From a virus (Duplodnaviria; Heunggongvirae; Uroviricota; Caudoviricetes), in IMG/VR virus record IMGVR_UViG_3300021963_000024: a DNA stretch of 27,097 nt, one strand, 5' to 3'. A program made the position numbers and the translations under genes. This document shows, in pieces, positions 1-7,255 of this stretch (position 1 is its first letter; every line of letters begins with the position of its first letter). The notes under the pieces were generated by a model. That model saw only the letters and a program-made list of their open reading frames with translations, searched no databases and was not told where the DNA came from.

Positions 1-651
1 AAACCAATCTTTAACTTGTTCATATAATTCGGTTCTTTTTAAAAAGTCGTGTTGATTTCCGGTCCAAGGAACTAATATTACTTTTATTTCGGGAAACAAC
101 TCCTGAAATTTAACTATTTTTGTAAATGTTTGTTCCCAAAATGATTTTTCATCATAATTGGAAATCCATCTAATTGCAGCCTCTACTACCAACTGATTTG
201 CATCTTTTAATTTTAAATAATTTTCAATTTCTATTGGTGTGTTCGGTAGATATTCACCATTTAATTTTCCATGTAAATTATCATCCCACCAACGAATGTA
301 TCCAATTTCTAAAACTACATATTTTGTTTTATCAATCAATTGTTTGATATCGGTTTCATTTCTTCTTTCGAATAAATGCCATAAAGTTTCGGCTGCACCA
401 CTACCTAAAACAGGTTTGTTTTCAAAATCATGTACATTAAATTCAGTATATCCTAAATCCTTACAAACCAAACTAGCCCATCTATATTTTTTCCAATATA
501 ATTTTTCATATGGACGTCTTGTTTCTACAGGTAAAGGTAAGTGAACACCTTTATTAAGGTATTCATCACTATTCAGTTCGGGATCGAGTTCCCACTCTAA
601 TCCCAAACCAAAAGTGTTAGATTGACCTGCAAAAATTATAGTATCTCTCAT
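1..651 (-). CDS. SGNH/GDSL-hydrolase-like protein, truncated by window edge (not in ORF track)
   Basis: ATG at 649-651 overlaps the upstream TAA; frame is open to position 1: MRDTIIFAGQSNTFGLGLEWELD...; GQSN resembles SGNH block I. Confidence 0.55.
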   Translation of the reverse strand, partial: MRDTIIFAGQSNTFGLGLEWELDPELNSDEYLNKGVHLPLPVETRRPYEKLYWKKYRWASLVCKDLGYTEFNVHDFENKPVLGSGAAETLWHLFERRNETDIKQLIDKTKYVVLEIGYIRWWDDNLHGKLNGEYLPNTPIEIENYLKLKDANQLVVEAAIRWISNYDEKSFWEQTFTKIVKFQELFPEIKVILVPWTGNQHDFLKRTELYEQVKDWF

Positions 652-1415
652 TAAAGAAAATTTAATTCTTTACTAATAAAATCATAATCAAAAGTAATAG
701 GTGAATTTAAAGCTTCATACCTTAAATTACAAGTACATCCGTTAAAGGAGTAACCACCCCAAGTAGTTTGCTTATATCCATATCCCTCATGAATGTGTCC
801 TGTAAAATGTAAAGGAGTTTTTAATTCATTCAATCTATGATATAAATCCGCACAACCTACATTTTCATTTGTATTTGCTGTTCTATCACCATATCCATAA
901 ACAGGTCCGTGAGTAATTACAATATCAGTATCTTCGGGTATAGTATTCCACAATTGTGCAGAATCATGTCCTCTATCCACATTGAATCCCCAACCATAAC
1001 CAAAAGTTGCTGAGTATGGTGAACCCCATATTTTTATTTGGTCTATTTCTATAAAAGAATTTTCCAAATAAAATACATTAGAATTAAGTCCTGTTTCTAA
1101 TAAAGTAATCAACCATTCAGGCTTACCTTCTGCACAAGGAGTATCCCAATTGTTTCTACCACCATCAAAATAATCTAATTTTCTTCTCATTAGAACTTCT
1201 TTATCAAAGGTCATATCGTGATTACCTGCAATAAAAACTTTAGTAGTATATCCTTCTATTCCATTGAACCATTTGATAAATTCTTCAATTTCGTGCTTTC
1301 TACCAATAGATGTAATATCTCCACTATGGATTAACAAATCTCCTCCTGGCAATTTACCATTTAGTTGTTTGTGTTTATTATGTGTATCGCTAATGTGTGT
1401 TATTCTAAATTTCAT
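651..1415 (-). CDS. Calcineurin-like metallophosphoesterase (MPPED/239FB-like)
   Basis: Motifs DTH, GDIT, GNHD, THGP, GHIHE. Confidence 0.9.
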   Translation of the reverse strand: MKFRITHISDTHNKHKQLNGKLPGGDLLIHSGDITSIGRKHEIEEFIKWFNGIEGYTTKVFIAGNHDMTFDKEVLMRRKLDYFDGGRNNWDTPCAEGKPEWLITLLETGLNSNVFYLENSFIEIDQIKIWGSPYSATFGYGWGFNVDRGHDSAQLWNTIPEDTDIVITHGPVYGYGDRTANTNENVGCADLYHRLNELKTPLHFTGHIHEGYGYKQTTWGGYSFNGCTCNLRYEALNSPITFDYDFISKELNFL

Positions 1416-1705
1416 TTTATTTTTTTTAAATATTTTACAATATCTTTTATCTTGTCTGCATCTTTTGGACTTACTAAAAATTCATCAAATGCACCATACA
1501 TACATTTATATCCAAATATGTATTTAATACCATACTTTAATCTTTGCCAAAAAGGTCTTTTATTTAAATGAACATGAGCATATACAATTGGACATTTTTG
1601 TCCAGATGGCATTTCATCTTCACTATAACAAATAACCATTTGATGTTCAGTTGAATGGCAATCACAAATTAAAATATCATGTGTTTTGTAAGGTATCTTT
1701 TTCAT
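1412..1705 (-). CDS. Hypothetical phage protein
   Basis: 97 aa ORF with 4-nt overlap to the next gene, directly after a promoter. Confidence 0.75.
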   Translation of the reverse strand: MKKIPYKTHDILICDCHSTEHQMVICYSEDEMPSGQKCPIVYAHVHLNKRPFWQRLKYGIKYIFGYKCMYGAFDEFLVSPKDADKIKDIVKYLKKIK

Positions 1706-1710
1706 AATTT

Positions 1711-1742
1711 TAAATATAATAAAAAAACCTCAAATTACCAAA
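1711..1742 (-). promoter_or_regulatory. Bacteroidetes-type -33/-7 promoter
   Basis: TTTG-N20-TATATTTA on - strand. Confidence 0.7.
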
Positions 1743-1757
1743 AGTAATTGAGGTTTT
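1721..1757 (-). terminator. Intrinsic terminator overlapping the promoter
   Basis: AAAACCTCAATTAC-TTTTG-GTAATTTGAGGTTTT plus T-tract, right after the tRNA-like RNA. Confidence 0.8.
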
Positions 1758-1758
1758 G

Positions 1759-1915
1759 CTGTAAGGGAAGGAATCGAACCTTCATGCTGTGATTCAGTAA
1801 AGAACAAAATAGCCGGCTTTGTGGTCAACCCATATTCATTTACCTATTTCATATTCAGCGCCCACGAGACGAGTGGGTGTGTCTGCCGATGTGTGCACAA
1901 TTTCACCACCTTACA
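1759..1915 (-). ncRNA. tRNA-like RNA (157 nt), GTC in anticodon position, D-loop insertion, ~75-nt variable arm
   Basis: Acceptor TGTAAGG/CCTTACA plus G73; T-loop TTCGATT; stem CCCAC/GTGGG with loop TCGTCTC; D region TGGTGAAA-[TTGTGCACACATCG]-GCAGACAC. Confidence 0.75.
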
Positions 1916-1920
1916 ATGTG

Positions 1921-2005
1921 CGGAGAGACAGGGATTCGAACCCCAGAACCTGTTACAGTTGCCGGTTTTCAAGACCGGTGCATTCAACCACTCTGCCATC
2001 TCTCC
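1921..2005 (-). tRNA. trnS: tRNA-Ser(TGA)
   Basis: CCGGT-CTTGAAA-ACCGG, long variable arm, G73. Confidence 0.97.
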
Positions 2006-2012
2006 TTAATAA

Positions 2013-2282
2013 TTAGAATACTTTTTCATCTCTGCTTTTACCGTCTAAACTATTATCAGTATCAGCGTGTTTTCTTCTTGCTTCTTCTGCTTCTTTATAC
2101 AATCGCATCCATGTTAAAAATATATCAATTGGTGCTAATATTGGAGCCATAATAATAATCATTATAGAGTCCAATCCAGGTGTTATACCTAAACCACCGG
2201 CCATTACATTTTTATTCCATTTTTTTATCAATTGATAAATGCAATAAACAAAGCAAAGTAAATAATAAGTTCCAAAACCCAT
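2013..2282 (-). CDS. Small membrane protein
   Basis: 89 aa with two hydrophobic stretches and a charged tail. Confidence 0.7.
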   Translation of the reverse strand: MGFGTYYLLCFVYCIYQLIKKWNKNVMAGGLGITPGLDSIMIIIMAPILAPIDIFLTWMRLYKEAEEARRKHADTDNSLDGKSRDEKVF

Positions 2283-2309
2283 AACATTTGTTTTTAATTT
2301 TTTAATAAT

Positions 2310-2513
2310 TTGAGTTTGTGAGGAATGAATCCAATTAAAAAGGTTATCCGAGTTTCAAAGAGGTTTGAGTGTTTTGAAATTACGCGACAAGTGACCCTAA
2401 TATTGTTGAAGTTTGTTAATTATTCATTATCTTATTCGTTCATCCGCTATTTGGTATCATAGTAGAATTGTAAGAATAAACTAATCAATCAGTTTCAAAC
2501 CCCACTCACTCAA
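2310..2513 (-). ncRNA. Candidate structured RNA downstream of the coiled-coil gene
   Basis: Nested helices close the region: TTGAGT/ACTCAA, GAGTG/CACTC, TTTGAAA/TTTCAAA. Confidence 0.45.
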
Positions 2514-2518
2514 TATTT

Positions 2519-2947
2519 TTAGATTTGTGTGTTTGCGTTGTGAATATCTAATTCGTTTTGCAACTCTTCAATTCTTTCACTTAACGCATCCACTTTGTTT
2601 TGAATATCCACCACATTCAATTCCACTTCTTTTACTGAAATAACGCTTCCGTATCTTTCAGCTATTTTACCTTCTTCGGTTGGAACTTTTTTTAATTCCT
2701 TTACCAATCCTTTCAACTCTGCTAATTCAAATATTTTAGCATATACCGGTTGGTTTGCTTTATGGATTTTTGCTTTCAATTCAACTAACTCAAATTGAAT
2801 TGTTTCAATTACCGTCAATGTAACGGACATTGAATATCTACGTGGGTTTCCTTCTTCAATTGAGTTATACTTTTTCAAAATCTCATATTGAGCTTTCAAA
2901 TCGGTAACCAATTTGTTTTTTTGTTTTAACGCTTGTTTTACATTCAT
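2519..2947 (-). CDS. Coiled-coil protein, DIP1984/septicolysin-like (DUF6847-like)
   Basis: MNVKQALKQKNKL N-terminus, heptad pattern, C-terminal LQNELDIHNANTQI; family recalled, not searched. Confidence 0.6.
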   Translation of the reverse strand: MNVKQALKQKNKLVTDLKAQYEILKKYNSIEEGNPRRYSMSVTLTVIETIQFELVELKAKIHKANQPVYAKIFELAELKGLVKELKKVPTEEGKIAERYGSVISVKEVELNVVDIQNKVDALSERIEELQNELDIHNANTQI

Positions 2948-2973
2948 TGTTTATGTTTTAAATTTTAACTATG

Positions 2974-3005
2974 TAAATATAAGAAAGTTTTTTCAAACTT
3001 CCAAA
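2974..3005 (-). promoter_or_regulatory. Bacteroidetes-type -33/-7 promoter
   Basis: TTTG-N20-TATATTTA upstream of the coiled-coil gene. Confidence 0.75.
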
Positions 3006-3012
3006 TTTATTT

Positions 3013-4140
3013 TTAGTGACTATCACCTACATTATGCTTTTCACTATAAATTAGATAATCTGGGTTGATAACTTTAGCTACCTTTTGTCTTTCCCCCGTA
3101 TGAATTTTAATCACAATTCCTTCTTCAGGTATTTTCGTTCCTTTGATAAAATTATTGAATGTGTATTTGTCTTGCACATCTTGCGACCATTCACCAAAAT
3201 ACAATTGTTCAACATATGGTAACTTTAGAAGTTCTTTGATAAGTAACTTTGAATTGATTGTATCTAAATACTCACCATTCTCTTTTACATCGAATCCTAC
3301 GAACTCAATCTCTTTCAATCCATAATCATATCCCTTTTGAATTCCAGCTCCGTAAATCTCACCATATAAGGTAATACCATCGCCTATGTTAGTAGGGCTG
3401 AACAATTTCACATACTCCCACAACTTCTTTTTAATATCATATTTCTTTTCAATATCATACCAAACATTAGTATCGTAGAAACCTTGTGATTCACTTCCTT
3501 TTTCCACATTGTGAGAGCCAACCACAAATTCGTAATCAATCCATCTATCTGCCACTCCAAAGAATTTCTTCACTTTATCCCACAATGATAATTTGTTTTT
3601 CTTAACAATACCATAACGAGCATTAGTTCCGTGAATCTTACGAGTGATTTCGACTGTGTCCTCTTCGGTAAACATTCCAGGTACATTCTTTAAGTTAGGG
3701 AACTTATAGTAAATGTGGAAATTCGGATTGTCTTGATAACGAATCTTTCTACCACTTGCTAATTGAACGGTCTTAACAGGTGGTTCATATTTGTAAATAT
3801 TCATTACATACATCATATCCTTACCCTCATAGTAATTTTCCATAAAAGGAATATAAGTAATTGGAATAATCAAACATTCCGAGTATACACCTCTTAATTT
3901 CACCGTCCTAACTCTACCACCTTTTCGTAAGTAATTAGTAACACTCATCTTTTCTGAAAGTTCTAAAGGAATAATAGCATCGGTTGTAGCAATCATTACT
4001 AAATCACCAACCTTTTGTTCTCCTTTTTTGGTAATACAATTCCACCCACCAACAACTGCTAATTCAATATTATCAGCACCTTCGATTGGTTTAATCTCAT
4101 TTATTGTTGCTATGTAGCAAACTGAATTTAAGTTTTCCAT
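3013..4140 (-). CDS. ATP-dependent RNA ligase, Rnl2/DRB0094 family
   Basis: N-terminal IKPIEGADNIELAVVGGW; motifs I KIHGTN, III GEIYG, IIIa FVGFDV, IV EGIVIK, V AKVIN. Confidence 0.92.
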   Translation of the reverse strand: MENLNSVCYIATINEIKPIEGADNIELAVVGGWNCITKKGEQKVGDLVMIATTDAIIPLELSEKMSVTNYLRKGGRVRTVKLRGVYSECLIIPITYIPFMENYYEGKDMMYVMNIYKYEPPVKTVQLASGRKIRYQDNPNFHIYYKFPNLKNVPGMFTEEDTVEITRKIHGTNARYGIVKKNKLSLWDKVKKFFGVADRWIDYEFVVGSHNVEKGSESQGFYDTNVWYDIEKKYDIKKKLWEYVKLFSPTNIGDGITLYGEIYGAGIQKGYDYGLKEIEFVGFDVKENGEYLDTINSKLLIKELLKLPYVEQLYFGEWSQDVQDKYTFNNFIKGTKIPEEGIVIKIHTGERQKVAKVINPDYLIYSEKHNVGDSH

Positions 4141-4141
4141 A

Positions 4142-4525
4142 TTATAACTTTACTTCAAATCTATTTTTCATTTGTTCTAATTTCTCTTCAGGTACATTGT
4201 GTATATTTTTAGAACCATGCCTATTCTCTACAATAACTGAATGAACTATATAACCCGCTTCCTTAGCCAATGTATAGTAATAATCCATTTCCCATTCTTG
4301 AGTAAATGTGTTTGATACTACAATTAGTTCTTCACCCTCATCCATCCAAGCTTCAACTACATTTTGGCACCATTCATGTGCGTATCTTAATTTAGTAGCA
4401 TCAAACTTATATTCTCCATCTTTCATAAAGAACATATCAGCCTCAATATGCATTCCACCAAATGATTTTGCCAATGAACTTTTACCACTACCTGGTAACC
4501 CTCTCAATAATATTAACTCTTTCAT
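4142..4525 (-). CDS. P-loop kinase (AAA_33, polynucleotide-kinase/N4BP2-like)
   Basis: Walker A LRGLPGSGKS, EAD, VSNTF, HNVP. Confidence 0.88.
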   Translation of the reverse strand: MKELILLRGLPGSGKSSLAKSFGGMHIEADMFFMKDGEYKFDATKLRYAHEWCQNVVEAWMDEGEELIVVSNTFTQEWEMDYYYTLAKEAGYIVHSVIVENRHGSKNIHNVPEEKLEQMKNRFEVKL

Positions 4526-5178
4526 TACTTATAATTTTCTACAATTTCGTGATGGTCAAAACTGAACATACTTTTAATTGGTTGGTTTCTCATCAAACTT
4601 AATACAGTCCTCATTTCAATTGGATACAATGCGTTACCATCACATCCTACATCCATCATCTTACCCAAACCAATTCTAGTTGCCGGCGGAAAATGAACAT
4701 GTCCGTGTAAATGAATCGCACCTCTTGCCATATTATCCCAACTTGCGATTGGAAAGTGCATTAGAGCAAATCGTTGTTCATCATTTCCAGCGTGTCCATT
4801 TGACCATTTCACATTTAAGTTTAGGTATTTGTTTACTGAACTAAAAAGTGATTGACAACCTTCTCTATCGTTTTCAATGTGATGATCGTGATTACCTGTG
4901 ATGATGTGAACATTCTTACATACGATTTGATTTCTGAATATCTCAATTTGTTCAAATCCACCAAATGACCAATCTCCCAAATGGAATAGAATATCATCTT
5001 GTCCTACAAACTCATTGATATTACCTACTAATGTTGCGTTCATATGTTCTAATGATTTAAACTCTCTACAAGTCACCGGTTCTATCCATCTAGTTGTAGC
5101 GGAACAAATGTTAGCATGGTTGTAATGCGTGTCACTTGTAAACCACAACCGCTGTCCTTTATTTAATGTTAATTTCAT
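4525..5178 (-). CDS. Calcineurin-like metallophosphoesterase
   Basis: SDTHYNH, LGDW, GNHD, MHFP, HGHVH. Confidence 0.9.
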   Translation of the reverse strand: MKLTLNKGQRLWFTSDTHYNHANICSATTRWIEPVTCREFKSLEHMNATLVGNINEFVGQDDILFHLGDWSFGGFEQIEIFRNQIVCKNVHIITGNHDHHIENDREGCQSLFSSVNKYLNLNVKWSNGHAGNDEQRFALMHFPIASWDNMARGAIHLHGHVHFPPATRIGLGKMMDVGCDGNALYPIEMRTVLSLMRNQPIKSMFSFDHHEIVENYK

Positions 5179-5196
5179 TTTTCCAATTTTAGTATG

Positions 5197-5267
5197 ATGC
5201 CCCTTTAGGATTCGAACCTAAACTAATTGGACCAAAACCAATTGTGCTACCGTTACACCAAAGGGCA
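5197..5267 (-). tRNA. trnQ: tRNA-Gln(TTG)
   Basis: ATTGG-TTTTGGT-CCAAT. Confidence 0.95.
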
Positions 5268-5272
5268 ATTTG

Positions 5273-5347
5273 TGGAGCGGGAAGCCGGAATCGAACCGGC
5301 ATATCCAACTTGGAAGGATGGCATAATAACCGTTATACTATTCCCGC
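5273..5347 (-). tRNA. trnG: tRNA-Gly(TCC), CCA encoded
   Basis: CCATC-CTTCCAA-GTTGG; acceptor GCGGGAA/TTCCCGC-TCCA. Confidence 0.95.
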
Positions 5348-5406
5348 AATTTGTAGGTGGGACTAACCTACTTCAGTTGTGTACATCAACCATTTAAGTC
5401 CTTTTG

Positions 5407-5479
5407 AGCGGAAGACCAGGCTCGAACTGGCCACCCCAACCTTGGCAAGGTTGTGCTCTACCGAATGAGCTACTTCCGC
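5407..5479 (-). tRNA. trnG: tRNA-Gly(GCC)
   Basis: CAACC-TTGCCAA-GGTTG. Confidence 0.97.
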
Positions 5480-5484
5480 AAGTG

Positions 5485-5558
5485 TGGACCAAACAGGACT
5501 CGAACCTGTGACCTTGGCATTATGAGTGCCCTGCTCTAACCAACTGAGCTATAGGTCC
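5485..5558 (-). tRNA. tRNA(CAT), probably Ile2 (lysidine type); elongator Met not excluded
   Basis: GGCA-CTCATAA-TGCC; paired G1-C72, so not an initiator. Confidence 0.85.
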
Positions 5559-5567
5559 AAATAAAGG

Positions 5568-5677
5568 TGCCGGAGGAGAGATTGGTTACTCACACGCAGG
5601 CCATTTCGGCTAATACTGCACCTTTCTAGAATTACGGGACGTCTCAAATGTGGCCACATTCTTTCCGCCACTCCGGC
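5568..5677 (-). ncRNA. tRNA-like RNA (110 nt) with palindromic D-loop insertion, degenerate anticodon arm, non-canonical T-loop
   Basis: Acceptor GCCGGAG/CTCCGGC-A; Leu-like TGGCGGAA...GAGACG with AATGTGGCCACATT inserted; GCAG...CTGC variable arm with GAAA loop; GAG-TAACCAAT-CTC instead of TTCGA. Confidence 0.7.
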
Positions 5678-5682
5678 ATATG

Positions 5683-5756
5683 TGGAGGATATCGGAGTCG
5701 AACCGATGACCCCCTGCGTGCAAAGCAGGTGCTCTAGCCAACTGAGCTAACCCCCC
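5683..5756 (-). tRNA. trnA: tRNA-Ala(TGC)
   Basis: CCTGC-TTTGCAC-GCAGG; G3:U70. Confidence 0.97.
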
Positions 5757-5760
5757 ATTA

Positions 5761-5862
5761 TGTAACGGCTGTGCTGTTAAACTGTCTTTTCACTACCTTT
5801 ATCGTAGTGTTACGTTTTCTTCATACATAGCGTCCGTCCAGCCATTCTTACGAATCGTTACA
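5761..5862 (-). ncRNA. Structured ~100-nt spacer RNA between tRNA-Leu and tRNA-Ala
   Basis: TGTAAC/GTTACA, ATTC-GTAA-GAAT, GGCTG/CAGCC, CACTAC/GTAGTG. Confidence 0.55.
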
Positions 5863-5865
5863 TTG

Positions 5866-5952
5866 TGCCCCAGGCCGGAATCGAACCGGCACTCACATTT
5901 ACGGTGAACAAGATTTTAAGTCTTGCGCGTCTACCAATTTCGCCACCAGGGC
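5866..5952 (-). tRNA. trnL: tRNA-Leu(TAA)
   Basis: CAAGA-CTTAAAA-TCTTG, long variable arm. Confidence 0.97.
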
Positions 5953-5958
5953 AGTTTG

Positions 5959-6032
5959 TGATTCGGAAAGGATTCGAACCTTTGACCCACAGCTTAGAAG
6001 GCTGTTGCTCTATCCAACTGAGCTACCGAACC
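5959..6032 (-). tRNA. trnR: tRNA-Arg(TCT)
   Basis: ACAGC-CTTCTAA-GCTGT. Confidence 0.97.
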
Positions 6033-6036
6033 ATTG

Positions 6037-6110
6037 CGGATTGGACGGGATTCGAACCCGCGACCTCTGCCGTGACAGGGCAGCATTCTAACCAACTGAA
6101 CTACCAATCC
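6037..6110 (-). tRNA. trnD: tRNA-Asp(GTC)
   Basis: CTGCC-CTGTCAC-GGCAG, G73. Confidence 0.97.
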
Positions 6111-6116
6111 TTTTTG

Positions 6117-6189
6117 AGCCTAGTGATGGAATCGAACCTCCGACCTACTGATTACAAATCAGTTGCTCTACCAGCTGAGCTAACCAGGC
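6117..6189 (-). tRNA. trnT: tRNA-Thr(TGT)
   Basis: ACTGA-TTTGTAA-TCAGT. Confidence 0.96.
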
Positions 6190-6196
6190 AATTTGC

Positions 6197-6280
6197 GATA
6201 AGAGAACGTCCCAGCCGCCTCATTCTCTTATCTAACATACACTAACAGCGAAATACGGCTTGACTGAGTGTGATGTATGT
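6197..6280 (-). ncRNA. Two-hairpin spacer RNA with complementary loops
   Basis: ACATAC/GTATGT hairpin (loop contains AGCCGT) and GATAAGAGAA/TTCTCTTATC hairpin (loop contains GCGGCT). Confidence 0.55.
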
Positions 6281-6284
6281 CTTG

Positions 6285-6356
6285 TACTCGGTACGGGATT
6301 CGAACCCGTGCTACATCCGTGAAAGGGATGTGACCTAACCCCTAGTCCAACCGAGC
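6285..6356 (-). tRNA. trnE: tRNA-Glu(TTC)
   Basis: CATCC-CTTTCAC-GGATG. Confidence 0.96.
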
Positions 6357-6371
6357 GTTTGTTTGATAAAT

Positions 6372-6403
6372 TAAATATACGAAAATATATCTAATCTACC
6401 AAA
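6372..6403 (-). promoter_or_regulatory. Bacteroidetes-type promoter internal to the tRNA array
   Basis: TTTG-N20-TATATTTA, 16 nt before tRNA-Glu. Confidence 0.75.
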
Positions 6404-6408
6404 ACATT

Positions 6409-6864
6409 TTATAATTTAACTAAATGGTCAGCCGCATAAGTTGCGATTGGACCAAGTGTTTTATATCTAACTTCATATCCCATTCCTTCTACTAAACCAA
6501 CTGCTTGTCTGAACACTTCATTTGATTTGTATTTTGGGTCAGGGTTAATATCAATATCAATCCATTTCACTTTTGGTAAACCAGCTTCTCTCATTTTTTC
6601 AGCAACTTCAACCGCATACCATACTTCACTCAACAATCTTACTGAACGTGTTGGTTCTCTTTGGGTTTTCCATTTACTATAAAGAACATGTGCTCCTTTA
6701 CCTTTATGATACAAAGCTACAACGATTGCGTAAATAGTTTTATCGGAAAAGTTTTGTGAATCACAACCAATTAGTATTTCTACATTTTCTTTTCCACTTA
6801 AATACTCTCTGACATATTCAATCATGTCAATTTTTACTCCATCATATAGCCGTTTGTATTCCAT
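6409..6864 (-). CDS. RNase H-like YkuK/DUF458 family protein
   Basis: IGCDSQ, LSEV, IDIDIN, AADH acidic motifs. Confidence 0.8.
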   Translation of the reverse strand: MEYKRLYDGVKIDMIEYVREYLSGKENVEILIGCDSQNFSDKTIYAIVVALYHKGKGAHVLYSKWKTQREPTRSVRLLSEVWYAVEVAEKMREAGLPKVKWIDIDINPDPKYKSNEVFRQAVGLVEGMGYEVRYKTLGPIATYAADHLVKL

Positions 6865-6893
6865 AATATTACATATTGATAATTTATTTTTTG

Positions 6894-6967
6894 TACCCGT
6901 AGAAAGACTCGAACTTTCACAAACTGGTTTCTAAGACCAGTGCGGTTGCCAATTACGCCATACGGGC
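6894..6967 (-). tRNA. trnL: tRNA-Leu(TAG) with short variable loop (74 nt)
   Basis: CTGGT-CTTAGAA-ACCAG; only TTTGT before the T-stem GAAAG/CTTTC. Confidence 0.9.
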
Positions 6968-6970
6968 ATT

Positions 6971-7111
6971 TTAACAGTTTGTTCTATATTTTTTCACTCC
7001 ACCATTCCATCTTCTCACACATATTAAACAAGCTCCATTTTCTCTAATAATTTTTCTTATTCTAACAATACGATTTACTCTTTTGTTAGTTTCAAATTTA
7101 TCATTTTTCAT
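6971..7111 (-). CDS. Small basic hypothetical protein (46 aa)
   Basis: MKNDKFETNKRVNRIVRIRKIIRENGACLICVRRWNGGVKKYRTNC fills the spacer between two tRNAs; the longer ORF-track call runs through tRNAs. Confidence 0.4.
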   Translation of the reverse strand: MKNDKFETNKRVNRIVRIRKIIRENGACLICVRRWNGGVKKYRTNC

Positions 7112-7112
7112 G

Positions 7113-7196
7113 CGGAAAGAGTGAGATTCGAACTCACGGACCTTTTGAATCGGCAGTTTAGTAAACTGCTGGTTTAAACCACTCACCCATCTTTCC
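7113..7196 (-). tRNA. trnS: tRNA-Ser(ACT), unusual A34
   Basis: GCAGT-TTACTAA-ACTGC; Ser-type body with GGAAAGA acceptor, long variable arm, G73. Confidence 0.92.
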
Positions 7197-7255
7197 TTTT
7201 TGGTAGTTTTTTCATTTATATCGGGAAAAAGAGATACCAGCTCCAAAACCCGGGG

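Noticed and set aside
5568-5677. Amber suppressor tRNA (TTCTAGA could be read as a CTA anticodon) implying TAG recoding
   Set aside because: No anticodon stem supports that register, the T-loop is non-canonical, and long genes are intact in the standard code with TAG used as a stop (16582)
5865-6245. + strand 126-aa ORF, and similar ORFs at 1819-2152 and the 5' part of 6971-7315
   Set aside because: Antisense or read-through shadows of tRNA genes
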